This document shows positions 29,071-39,421 of a stretch of DNA of 64,000 nt, in pieces. Under the pieces are notes generated by a model, which worked only from the letters and a program-made list of their open reading frames with translations, was not told the DNA's origin and searched no databases. The translations under genes and the position numbers were made by a program. Positions within the stretch are counted from its first letter, which is position 1, and each line of letters begins with the position of its first letter. Location of the stretch: the NCBI GenBank assembly GCA_040954595.2, contig JBECUI020000025.1:372001-436000 (forward strand), written 5' to 3'. Source of the stretch: Balanoglossus misakiensis. Its lineage: Eukaryota > Animalia > Hemichordata.

Positions 29071-30681
29071 ATGGAAATATCTACATTACAAAAAGCACGA
29101 TATTCGTACATGCCGGAAAAACCAACAAATATTTTGGCACCGGTCGGAGAGTTAATCGTACAAACACTGCATAAAACAAAGACCTTGAAAGATGTACGGG
29201 AATTCTTTGAACATGTTCCCGCCGATCAACAAGTCGTTACCATTGCACCGGGCAGAAATGCCGCTGCAGAGAACCCAAGAAATATTGGCATTATTTTATC
29301 GGGCGGACAGGCACCGGGGGGACATAATGTTATCTGCGGACTCTTTGATGCACTAAAAGGGGCAAACCCATCCTCTACCCTTATTGGTTTTTTGAATGGA
29401 CCAAGCGGGCTTATTGATGATACAAGTTGTATTATTACCGAAGAAATGGTACAGCAGTACCGGAACACCGGTGGCTTCAATATGATTGGGTCGGGACGGA
29501 CCAAGGTTGAACTCCCCGAACAGTTTGAAGCTGCTTTGAACACTGCACAAAAACATAAGATTGATGCTCTTGTTATTGTTGGTGGTGATGATAGCAATAC
29601 CAATGCCCTCATGTTAGACGAGTACTTTCGTGCACACAATGCAAATCTGCAGGTTATCGGGGTCCCCAAAACCATAGACGGAGATCTTCAGAGTAAGTAC
29701 ATCGACTGTTCCTTCGGGTTTGATACCGCAACAAAGGTCTATTCCGAACTGATCGGCAATATTGCGCAAGATGCCATGAGTGCACAAAAGTACTGGCATT
29801 TTATTCGGCTTATGGGTCGTTCAGCGAGTCATATTGCATTAGAATGTGCCCTCCGAACACAACCGAATATTTGCATTATATCAGAAGAGGTTACCGCAAA
29901 AAAGAAAACCCTCAATTCTATTGTAAAAGAGATCGCTCATACAATTATGTCTCGTGCAGAGCGGAAAGAGAATTTCGGAATTGTCTTGCTCCCCGAGGGA
30001 CTGATAGAATTTATTCCTGAAATAAAGACCCTGATTGAAGAAATTAATCAGCTTCTGGTAGAAGGAGTATCTGCTCACCCAGACACTATTTCAAAAAATC
30101 TCCGTTCAGATAATAGAACTCTCTTTCGGCAGCTACCTGAAGAAATTCGGCATCAGTTGTTATTCGATCGCGACCCCCATGGCAACGTACAGGTATCCCG
30201 CATTGAAACGGAGAAACTGATTCTCCACATGCTCACAGCCTATCTTGAGGAGCAAAAAACAAATGGAAACTATCACGGCAATTTTTCTTCGCAATGCCAT
30301 TTCTTCGGCTACGAAGGTCGTGCCGCATTTCCCAGTAATTTTGATGCAGACTACTGTTATGCACTGGGACAGACTACCTTTTTGTTGATAGCCAACAAAC
30401 TGAGTGGATACATTGCAACAATCTTTAATCTTGCACAAGAAAAGAAAGAATGGGAAGCTGGGGGTGTTCCCTTGCTCTCTATGATCAATTTAGAAAAGCG
30501 TCACGGTGCTATGAAGCCGGTTATTAAGAAAACACTGGTAGATATGCGCGGAAAAGCCTTTTATAGATTCTCAGAACAACGCGAACACTGGGCACAGCAT
30601 ACCTGTTATCTTTCACCAGGTCCAATACAGTACTTCGGACCTCCCGAAGTTACCCATACTTGCCCGACCTCAATCCAGTAG
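29071..30681 (+). CDS. pfp: Pyrophosphate-dependent phosphofructokinase
   Basis: SGGQAPGGHNV, GGDDSNTNA (PPi-type Asp), PKTIDGD, RLMGRSASH; AAGGAG RBS. Confidence 0.96.
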   Translation: MEISTLQKARYSYMPEKPTNILAPVGELIVQTLHKTKTLKDVREFFEHVPADQQVVTIAPGRNAAAENPRNIGIILSGGQAPGGHNVICGLFDALKGANPSSTLIGFLNGPSGLIDDTSCIITEEMVQQYRNTGGFNMIGSGRTKVELPEQFEAALNTAQKHKIDALVIVGGDDSNTNALMLDEYFRAHNANLQVIGVPKTIDGDLQSKYIDCSFGFDTATKVYSELIGNIAQDAMSAQKYWHFIRLMGRSASHIALECALRTQPNICIISEEVTAKKKTLNSIVKEIAHTIMSRAERKENFGIVLLPEGLIEFIPEIKTLIEEINQLLVEGVSAHPDTISKNLRSDNRTLFRQLPEEIRHQLLFDRDPHGNVQVSRIETEKLILHMLTAYLEEQKTNGNYHGNFSSQCHFFGYEGRAAFPSNFDADYCYALGQTTFLLIANKLSGYIATIFNLAQEKKEWEAGGVPLLSMINLEKRHGAMKPVIKKTLVDMRGKAFYRFSEQREHWAQHTCYLSPGPIQYFGPPEVTHTCPTSIQ

Positions 30682-31474
30682 ACTTAGAACGCCCGTAGCT
30701 ACGAGGCAGTGGATTTTTGGACCAAACAAAAAAGTTCGCAATAAACATAAAGAGAAACAAAAAAAGACCCGGGAAAACTATAAGCCAGGGTGCCGTATAG
30801 ATATACCGTTGTGCATCACGCAACAAAATGCCGATGCTTGCCTCTGGTGGTTGAATTCCTATGCCCAGAAAAGATAAGGATGCCTCCAGTCCCACTATAA
30901 TCGCAATAAATGATATGGACTGCTCTATGAGTTGGGGGAAGATGCTCGGCAGTAAATGTCTCATAAACAAGCCCGAGGCGGGCACAGCAAAGGAACGACA
31001 GGCAAGTATGTACTCTTCTTTCATTAAGATTCTCATCTCATCACGCAGGAGCCTTCCGAAAATAGGTGAGAGGAGAAACGATAAGGTAATCAGCAGTTGA
31101 ATCTTCCCACTGCCAAAACTCGCCGCCATAATGAGAGCAAAGAGCACTGTGGGAATGGTAAGCATAATGTGAAGGAGGGCATCAACAATCCGGGAGAGTG
31201 CAGGCAGGAATACAATAATTAAGGCAAGGGTAGTTCCAATACAGAGAGCTAATGCCAGCGATTGGAATGCAAGCATAATACTGGTGCGTAATCCCGTCAG
31301 AATACGCAGGAATAGATCCCTTCCAAACTCGTCGGTTCCCAACCAGTGTTGGCTTGTCGGCGACATGAGACGAAAATTAAGATTATGGCCTTGTGTCTGA
31401 ACAGGAATAAAAAACAGACTAATAACAAACAGAAAAAAGAATATCTGCTTACGGAGCAAGAATGTTGGTCTCAC
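30650..31474 (-). CDS. Dpp/Opp-family ABC permease (DppC-like)
   Basis: HWLGTDEFGRD, EEYILACRSF EAA loop, EASLSFLGIG. Confidence 0.9.
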   Translation of the reverse strand: MRPTFLLRKQIFFFLFVISLFFIPVQTQGHNLNFRLMSPTSQHWLGTDEFGRDLFLRILTGLRTSIMLAFQSLALALCIGTTLALIIVFLPALSRIVDALLHIMLTIPTVLFALIMAASFGSGKIQLLITLSFLLSPIFGRLLRDEMRILMKEEYILACRSFAVPASGLFMRHLLPSIFPQLIEQSISFIAIIVGLEASLSFLGIGIQPPEASIGILLRDAQRYIYTAPWLIVFPGLFLFLFMFIANFFVWSKNPLPRSYGRSKSTGLRSGKYG

Positions 31475-32927
31475 TAAAGTCGTAAGTATCTAAGGTTGTA
31501 TCAACCTGAAACCCACGAACTCCCTTCTGTAAAGCAATGTACCGATACGGAGTACCAATAAAAACAAAGGGACGCTCACGTGCCATAAGGGATAATAACT
31601 GCTCATAGAGTTCTCCCCTCTTCTGAACATCAAATTCAGTACGGGCAAGATCAATTAATTGAACTGCATCTTCATTTATCCATCCAACATAGGTAGCATC
31701 GCTACCGTAACCGAACAAGCGTCCATGCGGGTCCAACTTCCCAGTATGCCCGATAACCGTTAAGTCAAACTGAAATTGTCGGTAGACAGTCGATAACCAA
31801 GCCGACCATTCCAATAACTCAATCTTGGTTTCCAGACCTGCCTTTGCAAGCATATCCTGATATAACTCTGCAGCCTTCCGGTGAGGATCAAAATTTTGTG
31901 GAACAGAAATAATCAGTGGACGGGCAGGCTTTTTGCGCAAAAAAACCTCCGCAGCAAACGCAGGATCATAATGATGTTCATCATTCATATCTACGTAATA
32001 CTGGTTGGCCGGATCCATAAAACTTCCCACTACCGTTCCCCCACCGTAAGCAATATCCAGGACTGCTTCTTTATCAATGGCGGCATCAATGGCAGTCCTG
32101 AATTCAAGGTCATCTAGTGGTGATCTTCGGTTATTCAGTGCAATAACCAATACTAATGATGAAGATGATCGCTGTATATCAACCGATGAGATCTTTTGTA
32201 GCCGACTCAATTCCGGGTCAACAACCAGATCTATCCCCTGTATCGTCCCATCAATAAGTGCCTGTGTGCGCAGAGTCGGTTCCGTTAGAATATCAAAGCT
32301 GATTCCTTGAATATACGGAAGATCCGGATTCCGGTAATCCACATTTCTTTCAAGTTCAACTGCAATGCCCCTCTTCCATTGAAGAAATCGAAATGGGCCT
32401 GTGCCCACCGGATGCTGTGCAAACTCATGTTCGGCATCAATTAAATCGGAAGGAAGAATTGCCGACCATCCCGAGGCTAATATAGCAAGAAAGGGTACAA
32501 ACGGTTCTTTGAGATGTATTTCAAGATTGTAATCATCAACAATGACAATCTCGTCAATGACCTCATACTCAAACGCATGGGGAGACGCAAAATCAGGATT
32601 ACGTAAGCGATCCAGGCTTGCTTGTACATCAACGGATTGAAGCAACTTGCCATGATGAAAGCGGATATCCTTACGTAGCTGTATGCGAATAGTTTGCCGG
32701 TCGGCATCAATCTGCTCAGCCAAGGTAAGAATAAGTTTGCCCTGTTTCCCTATCCGAAACAAGGTGTCATACACGTTTCCAACAACCTGAAAAGTAATGG
32801 TACCTGTTGTTGCATGGGGGTCAAGGGTATCCGGTTCGCCCGACAGAGCAAAATGAAACGTATCACTTTGTTCTACAACACAGGACACAAGCATAGCTGA
32901 TAAAAAAAAGATAATTCCATATTTCAT
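31449..32927 (-). CDS. Family-5 (Dpp/Opp) substrate-binding lipoprotein
   Basis: Lipobox LVSC, PDTLDP, IRFHHG, PVGTGPF. Confidence 0.9.
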   Translation of the reverse strand: MKYGIIFFLSAMLVSCVVEQSDTFHFALSGEPDTLDPHATTGTITFQVVGNVYDTLFRIGKQGKLILTLAEQIDADRQTIRIQLRKDIRFHHGKLLQSVDVQASLDRLRNPDFASPHAFEYEVIDEIVIVDDYNLEIHLKEPFVPFLAILASGWSAILPSDLIDAEHEFAQHPVGTGPFRFLQWKRGIAVELERNVDYRNPDLPYIQGISFDILTEPTLRTQALIDGTIQGIDLVVDPELSRLQKISSVDIQRSSSSLVLVIALNNRRSPLDDLEFRTAIDAAIDKEAVLDIAYGGGTVVGSFMDPANQYYVDMNDEHHYDPAFAAEVFLRKKPARPLIISVPQNFDPHRKAAELYQDMLAKAGLETKIELLEWSAWLSTVYRQFQFDLTVIGHTGKLDPHGRLFGYGSDATYVGWINEDAVQLIDLARTEFDVQKRGELYEQLLSLMARERPFVFIGTPYRYIALQKGVRGFQVDTTLDTYDFSETNILAP

Positions 32928-32936
32928 AAGTGTTTA

Positions 32937-33881
32937 CTATATAATATTCTTCACAGCTGATTTCGTCAATCTTGGACGTAAGCGCGGATGAATAAGATGA
33001 AGAAGAGTGTCTGCAAGGTTCATACAGAGAATGAACAATGCCGCAAAGAAAAGAACCGATGCCTGTACTAAGGGATAATCGCGGTTAAAAATTGATTGCA
33101 ACAGAATGCGTCCGAGTCCCGGAAGGGAGAAAATAACTTCAATAATAATATTTCCCCCAAGAAGATAGCCAAACTGTATCGCTGCGATATGTATGAAAGA
33201 CACAAATGCGTTTGGACCGGCGGAGTGGAAGAGCAAGTAAGAGAAGGGAAAGCCGCAGGCACGAGCAAAGAGAATGTACGGCATTTCCAGCTCCCTTGTC
33301 AATGATAGACGCAGATGGCGAATTAACAGGGGGCTATTGACCAATACCAGACTGATAACCGGAAGAATATAGTATTGTCCACCATCAGCGCCATAGGCAG
33401 GTAGAAGATTCAACTGGACCGAAAAGAGAATTATAAGAAACAGCGCTATCCAAAACTGTGGGACAGAGAGAAATACAACCTCTATAACTCGTACGATCTG
33501 CAAAAAAAAAGATGAACAGGTCGCAAGAAATGCCACCAGTATGGAAAAACAAACGCTTATCAAAAATGCCAGAGAAGCTAGGAGAAGGGTAAAGGGAAAG
33601 CGCTCAGCAATTAATTGTAGCACCGAGACATTATGAACAAGTGAAACTCCGAAGTTTCCGGACAAAATATCACTTATCCAGCTAAGATATTGCTCCCATA
33701 TCGGTCTGTTTGTACCGAGTTTCTCCTGCATGCGTTCAACTGATGCTTGGTCCGCATCTATGCCCGCCATACGAATTGCCGGGTCCCCGGGGAGAATACG
33801 CATGACAAAAAATATAAAGCTAACAAGAAAAAAAAGAGTAAGTAATAGTTTGAGAAGCTGTGCAAAGAGAAGTCGAGACAT
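32937..33881 (-). CDS. Dpp/Opp-family ABC permease (DppB-like)
   Basis: ILPGDPA, GNFGVS, EVIFSLPGLG, NRDYPLVQ. ATG 33881 sits 4 nt after the racemase stop. Confidence 0.9.
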   Translation of the reverse strand: MSRLLFAQLLKLLLTLFFLVSFIFFVMRILPGDPAIRMAGIDADQASVERMQEKLGTNRPIWEQYLSWISDILSGNFGVSLVHNVSVLQLIAERFPFTLLLASLAFLISVCFSILVAFLATCSSFFLQIVRVIEVVFLSVPQFWIALFLIILFSVQLNLLPAYGADGGQYYILPVISLVLVNSPLLIRHLRLSLTRELEMPYILFARACGFPFSYLLFHSAGPNAFVSFIHIAAIQFGYLLGGNIIIEVIFSLPGLGRILLQSIFNRDYPLVQASVLFFAALFILCMNLADTLLHLIHPRLRPRLTKSAVKNII

Positions 33882-33885
33882 GCCC

Positions 33886-34644
33886 TTATTCTCGTATGCG
33901 TTCCGGATATATTTCCCGCAAAAGTGTACGCGCAACAATATTTAACGGATCAATACAAGGCACAGGAAGATTGAGGGGAACAAGAGATAGCTCTGTACAT
34001 CCCAATATTATTCCCTCTGCACCCATGCGAATAAGATCGAGAGACTGAGCTGTAAGAGCATCTATAACCCGTTGGTCTATCGGACGAGGACATTGTTTGA
34101 TTCCCCATTCCGGGTGATAAATAGCATTATGTACCTCATTACGTTTTTCTTCTGTCTCAGGTAAAAGCATAGTGAGATCGGGTGCAAGCTCAGCTGCAGC
34201 CTGTGCATGTATCCGGGAAAAATAACTTCCTTGTGTTGCAAGTAAGCCAATTTTCTTTTTCTCCGGATACGTTTCAAGGATATACCTGAAGGTTTCACGA
34301 AGAAAATGGAGTATGCGAATGTTATAGTGACGTCTCCTTATCCCTTCCAGTACTGGAAGAAAGATTTTCGGGGCATGAAAAGTAATACAAGGCACAGCAC
34401 ATATATGTAGGTTTAATAATTCAAGTTGTCCGATGGCATCCAGTATAGCATCTATAGGATTGGGTTCCGAATCCGGGTGCAAAAGATAACTACTCCTGTC
34501 AGGAATTTGTGGCAGATTGAGCAAGACGAAGGGAACATGATCTTGCTCTTTTATTGACTTGGTGTTTTGAAGGAGCAACTCCACAAAGCGTAAACTTGCA
34601 TACGGTCCTACTCCTCCTAGAATCCCTATCTTGGCATTTGTCAT
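33886..34644 (-). CDS. PLP-independent aspartate/glutamate-family amino-acid racemase
   Basis: IGILGGVGPYAS, PDRS and two catalytic Cys motifs PCITFH and GCTEL. ATG overlaps the upstream stop (ATGA). Confidence 0.9.
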   Translation of the reverse strand: MTNAKIGILGGVGPYASLRFVELLLQNTKSIKEQDHVPFVLLNLPQIPDRSSYLLHPDSEPNPIDAILDAIGQLELLNLHICAVPCITFHAPKIFLPVLEGIRRRHYNIRILHFLRETFRYILETYPEKKKIGLLATQGSYFSRIHAQAAAELAPDLTMLLPETEEKRNEVHNAIYHPEWGIKQCPRPIDQRVIDALTAQSLDLIRMGAEGIILGCTELSLVPLNLPVPCIDPLNIVARTLLREIYPERIRE

Positions 34645-37600
34645 TTTTCTCGGAACATAACAACCCCATCCCAATCACTGGGAGGAGGACTCTGATAAAA
34701 GTTATAACAACGAAGATACATGAGTTTGGCGCATAAATCATGTTTACGCATATTGTAGGCACGTGCAAAGTAATGAACTGCCTTACTCCATTCCCGCTCC
34801 TGATAATAGCGTGCGCCTAATTTATACAAAGACAAGAATGACTGCAATTCCGACATGGGTTCGCCACTTTTCTGTAAGAGATCCAGTCGACCCTTTTCCC
34901 CAAGCACCTCATATATCCGTATCCCTTCTATCTTACCCTTTACTGCAACATGATCAAGGAAACGAACTTCAAATGAATCACCAATTTGTTCTAATGTCGT
35001 GTCACTAATAATAATGCCTGTGCCATAGTACTTATTCAGGTTTTCTAGTCTACTCGTCATATTAACGACATCGCCGATAGCAGTATAGTTTAATCGCTTA
35101 CTGGAACCAACATTCCCAACAACAGCAATTCCGGTATGGATCCCGATACGAGTAAAAAACATATCATCCAACCCGTTCTTGCGCAACTCGCATTGGAACT
35201 GTACCGCTGCATGGCAAGCATGCCGCGCATGATTCTTGAGAGCTCCTGGAGCACCCCAGAATGCCATAATAGCATCTCCGATATACTTATCGATTGTTGC
35301 ATGCGATTGCAAAAGAAGAGTGCTAAATAAATCGAAGTAGACCTCTAATTTTTCAAGCAATTCCTCAGGCGGTAACTGCTCGCTGAGGGTAGTGAAATTC
35401 CGAATATCGGAGAACATGAGTGTTATTTCTTGCCGATCCCCGCCAATTTCAGGTGAACCCTGTAACTTTATCAGACGTGTAACAAGATCTGCCGGAACAT
35501 ATTTTTTGAAAGAAATAAGCCCGTTTAACATACTATCGAAAGCAATATTCATATTCCGAATTTCTACAATGCGCGAAGGAGTACGCTGACTAACCGATTC
35601 CAACTGTAAATCACGGACTTCTTCCATTTCCATTGCAAGCTGGACAATGGGATCTGAAATTTTTGATGCAATGGTCGACCCGATAAGTCCGACAACAATA
35701 ATCAGGAATAACGCGAAGATAATAAGAACGTTGTTATTCTGACTAACACCACCCATAAAGTCATTAACATTCAGTATCAGACAAAGTTGCCAGTTAATTC
35801 CTTCATCGGGCGATAAGTCTCGAACGGTGATAAGATAATCTTCGTTTTCGTACTTGAACCCATAGGTCTCCAACAATCGGGAATCTGTCCAAAGTTGCCC
35901 TAAGAGAAAGAGGAAAAAGCTAAAGAGTGGGTCGCTTGTCTTTGCTATCGTAGCATTATTCGTGTAGGCTTCATAGGCAAGACTGTAATAGGGAGAAACG
36001 GTTGTCTCTATAGATATACGTTGCACCTCTTCATCCGCAGTTACCGGCAGGTACAGATCGTTTGCCGCACGATTGGCTGGTTCAGAAATTGCTACTAACT
36101 CTTTGCTCCCTTTCTCCATAACAAAGGCATGCCCATTTTCGCCAAGATCCAATTCATATAGGAAGTTGGAGAAATCCCGCAACCCAACATCAATACCGAA
36201 AACACCAAGTAAGATGCCCTGTTGATCGTATACCGGCAAAGCAACGGTCAACCCGAGTTGATTATCCGATGCAAAGACATATATGTCACTCCATACAGAA
36301 GAATCACTATTTTCAGCCGCCTGATACCACACACGCTTCCGGGGATCATATCCTGTTTCAATCGGCGACCTTGTGTTCGAAAACGTTGTGTTATAATCTG
36401 CGTTCTCATGAACCCATTCCCGAACTATCTCATTACCACGTGGATCAATGTAACGAATGCTTAAACTATCGTCCTGCATACGCTTTACCATCCGGTGTGT
36501 TCCGCTATTGGAACCGTAGTATAGAGCTTCAAACTCGATATGCCCTTCCATAATTCGCTGCATAAATGAAAGCAGCTCTTCATCAGTTTCAAACATCCCC
36601 CGCTCTTTTATCATGACATCCATATCATGCAGAGTCTGTACGGGACGATCAAGATATGCATCAATACTGTCGGCGGCATTCTGTGTTAAGGTGTGAAGGA
36701 ATGTATCAGCTAAGTCATACAGAGACACCTTACTTCCCGTATAGGCAATAACATTACTTAAAAGACCATACATAATAATAAGCATAGTTGTTAAGATAAC
36801 AATGCTCAGTCGGAAGGGAATAGCAAGAAACCTGGCCCTCTGTGCAACTCGTTTCGGCAACACTTTATCTTCTTTTCTTGGCTCTGCTTCTCCAGAAACT
36901 TCTGTTGTAGCAAATAAAGTCTCTGTATCTTGTACTGTTGTAACTTGCTGTTCGACCGGGTCTTTGGCGGATTGTTCGGAGGCTTGAATCCCTGCAGCTT
37001 CTTCAATAATCAGTTCTTCGTCTACAGGTTCAAGCGATTCTTCCTCCGCTGGTGGTACTGCTCCCTGTAGGACGGGCTCCGTTTCTCGTACCATGGGAAT
37101 AGCCGGAAGCGGCTCTTCTGCCGGCTCCATTGCTTGATCAGCAGTCGTAAGTTCTTCTTCATCTCTAAACAGCTTGGAGTCCGGTATCTGGGTGGGTTCT
37201 ACAAAGGACTCAAGAGTAATATCGCCAATATCTACATCTTCTTCGATCACCAGAGTTGTATCTTCTACTTCCCGCTGCACAGTAGGAAGAACAGTAGCGG
37301 TAATAAAAATGTTCATAATTACCGAATACAGAATCTGCAGTGGACGCACCAACTGAATAACAATGAACCAGAACCCTCCGGTAAAATACGAAACTATCCC
37401 AACCTGTGCAAGCATAGAATAAAATATTTCACCGTTGTCAGTCGCACTCGTAGTCGTACTAAAAGCCATTCCTCCAGTTACCGATAGAAGAAATGAGGTA
37501 GAGAATATTGTCAGCATAGTATAGGAAGTTATGGGAATATCGCTAATAGATAGTGCAAGAAAGGCAAAGATATTAAGAAATAAGAAATATCCGAGGTTTC

Positions 37601-38597
37601 CTAAAGAGAAAATAACGGGAATAATTGTACCTGAATTTTTATAATCTGCCGGGTCATCTAAAGCTTTTCCGATTGTAAAAACACGCAAAGCCTCGGGTAA
37701 TGCAATAATGTGGTTATTTGCTGAGATCGCAAGAAAGGCCGGATATAATACCTGTCTGCAAGCATGAAAAAAGTTACACCGCCGCCGAATGGTAAATACT
37801 ATAATGCTAACCGCAGTCCCGATTATAAAGACCCCGGTGAAAACCATCATCAATAGTAATACCGGTCGGACAAAGGAAAAATCACTCTTATACACGTATT
37901 CGGCTGTTAGTATTAAGACCATAAAAGGCAAAAAATACAAGAGCCAGTGAAATATCTTCTGAAAAGACATGTGCAGACTGTTTATCAGACTGGAAAGAAC
38001 TCCGACAAATTCATGCTTAAGAATACTCAATACCAATCCAAGCAGAACTGCAAAAAACAAAAGTGCAGGTATTTGCACGAGAATCAAAGATTGAAAAACA
38101 TTATTTGGTATTATTGATAAGAAAAAACGTTGAACAACATTCACCGCTTCCGTTTGGTCCCCATTTCGAATATCAAGTGGAATATTGTGTTCAACAATAT
38201 TTTCTTGAGTTCCGACAATGTAAGAAATATCCTCGTTATTCAGAGGATAAACATTCGACACCACAACGTACAACAAAAACGCAAGTGCCATTGAGACAAT
38301 TAAAGTCGGCAAGACAACAATAATAAGTTTGGCGAGTATGCGCAGTAATCGTTTTGCCCGAGCGAGTATCGAAACCGAGAATGTCAAAGAAAATACTAAA
38401 ATCGGGACAACTGTAAGAGCTAGCAATAAAAAGTAGAAACGGACAAACAGTGGTGCAAGTGCCAAGAATCCATCAATGTTTACTAGATTCTGGATCCCCA
38501 ATAGACCACCAAGCAGAAAGGCTATAAGAAGCATCCAACTGCTTAATAAGAAAGAAGTGAGGGTAGAATGCTTACTTTTAACGCTTGTTGTATTCAG
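34641..38597 (-). CDS. Fusion protein: DAACS (GltP-like) domain - acidic linker - TM - dCache - TM - HAMP - class III adenylate cyclase
   Basis: N-terminal ~430 aa with DAACS hallmarks (IIPNNVF, LLFFAVLLGLVL). dCache motif YDPRKRVWY. Cyclase motifs FSDIRNFT, DKYIGDAIMAFW, RIGIHTG, YTAIGDVVNMTSRLE and a WDGV tail. The frame is open upstream of ATG 38534 to a CTG at 38597 preceded by GGGGG. Confidence 0.88.
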   Translation of the reverse strand: MNTTSVKSKHSTLTSFLLSSWMLLIAFLLGGLLGIQNLVNIDGFLALAPLFVRFYFLLLALTVVPILVFSLTFSVSILARAKRLLRILAKLIIVVLPTLIVSMALAFLLYVVVSNVYPLNNEDISYIVGTQENIVEHNIPLDIRNGDQTEAVNVVQRFFLSIIPNNVFQSLILVQIPALLFFAVLLGLVLSILKHEFVGVLSSLINSLHMSFQKIFHWLLYFLPFMVLILTAEYVYKSDFSFVRPVLLLMMVFTGVFIIGTAVSIIVFTIRRRCNFFHACRQVLYPAFLAISANNHIIALPEALRVFTIGKALDDPADYKNSGTIIPVIFSLGNLGYFLFLNIFAFLALSISDIPITSYTMLTIFSTSFLLSVTGGMAFSTTTSATDNGEIFYSMLAQVGIVSYFTGGFWFIVIQLVRPLQILYSVIMNIFITATVLPTVQREVEDTTLVIEEDVDIGDITLESFVEPTQIPDSKLFRDEEELTTADQAMEPAEEPLPAIPMVRETEPVLQGAVPPAEEESLEPVDEELIIEEAAGIQASEQSAKDPVEQQVTTVQDTETLFATTEVSGEAEPRKEDKVLPKRVAQRARFLAIPFRLSIVILTTMLIIMYGLLSNVIAYTGSKVSLYDLADTFLHTLTQNAADSIDAYLDRPVQTLHDMDVMIKERGMFETDEELLSFMQRIMEGHIEFEALYYGSNSGTHRMVKRMQDDSLSIRYIDPRGNEIVREWVHENADYNTTFSNTRSPIETGYDPRKRVWYQAAENSDSSVWSDIYVFASDNQLGLTVALPVYDQQGILLGVFGIDVGLRDFSNFLYELDLGENGHAFVMEKGSKELVAISEPANRAANDLYLPVTADEEVQRISIETTVSPYYSLAYEAYTNNATIAKTSDPLFSFFLFLLGQLWTDSRLLETYGFKYENEDYLITVRDLSPDEGINWQLCLILNVNDFMGGVSQNNNVLIIFALFLIIVVGLIGSTIASKISDPIVQLAMEMEEVRDLQLESVSQRTPSRIVEIRNMNIAFDSMLNGLISFKKYVPADLVTRLIKLQGSPEIGGDRQEITLMFSDIRNFTTLSEQLPPEELLEKLEVYFDLFSTLLLQSHATIDKYIGDAIMAFWGAPGALKNHARHACHAAVQFQCELRKNGLDDMFFTRIGIHTGIAVVGNVGSSKRLNYTAIGDVVNMTSRLENLNKYYGTGIIISDTTLEQIGDSFEVRFLDHVAVKGKIEGIRIYEVLGEKGRLDLLQKSGEPMSELQSFLSLYKLGARYYQEREWSKAVHYFARAYNMRKHDLCAKLMYLRCYNFYQSPPPSDWDGVVMFREK

Positions 38598-38608
38598 TGT
38601 ATCCCCCG

Positions 38609-39421
38609 CTATTCTGCAAAAATATCAGGAAACTCATCTAGCAGGGTATCTGCTGTATACGATAAATTGAGTGAAGCTAGATAGCGATCGACCCAGTAGA
38701 CAAGCTGTGGATTATTCCACCGCATGGCAATGGCTATATCATCACGGGTGTCTGTTAACAATATCGTTTTTAACCGTAATGATGCGTTCGGATTTGCCTT
38801 GATAATTTTCTTAATTTCCAACTCATCACGATATGCTGCCAAAACCTTGCCGCTGTAAACTGCTTCAATAACCTCTTCCCATGTAGGAAATTCGACTACC
38901 TCTGCAGAAGGGAAATTCCGCCGAGCATATGTTGCATACGAAGAATTAGCAACGACCCCTATTGAACCACGAAAGTTACGAACAAATGCTGGTAACTGAT
39001 CTTCGGGAATAAACTCTGCTAAACGAAGACGATTAACAATAAGTGCCTGCCGAAAAGTAATATAGGGGTTGCTGTATTGAACAAGTTGCGCCCGTTTCAA
39101 GGTCAAGCTCAACTTCGAAATAACCATGTCGGCCTGACGATTGGCAACAATTGTTACCAGGTCATTAAAACTCTGTGCATCTCTATTAAATTCCAGTTCC
39201 ACACCCAATGTTTCTGCTATGCCTTGAGCTAATTGAACATCCAAGCCATCAAGTCTTCCTTCTTTATTAGTATAGAAAAAAGGTGGCTGTTCACGAGAAT
39301 GCAGTGCCACAACAAGTTTATTGCGTGCCAATATTTCTCCGATTCCCGGAGAGAAATCTTGTGCGGTAACTAATAGGGTAACAAACAATAGACAGACGAT
39401 AATAAATGTATTACGTATCAT
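38609..39421 (-). CDS. Family-3 (polar amino acid) solute-binding protein
   Basis: Signal peptide, QPPFF, GLDVQLAQGIA, ADMVISKLSLTLKRAQLVQYSNPY. Confidence 0.9.
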   Translation of the reverse strand: MIRNTFIIVCLLFVTLLVTAQDFSPGIGEILARNKLVVALHSREQPPFFYTNKEGRLDGLDVQLAQGIAETLGVELEFNRDAQSFNDLVTIVANRQADMVISKLSLTLKRAQLVQYSNPYITFRQALIVNRLRLAEFIPEDQLPAFVRNFRGSIGVVANSSYATYARRNFPSAEVVEFPTWEEVIEAVYSGKVLAAYRDELEIKKIIKANPNASLRLKTILLTDTRDDIAIAMRWNNPQLVYWVDRYLASLNLSYTADTLLDEFPDIFAE

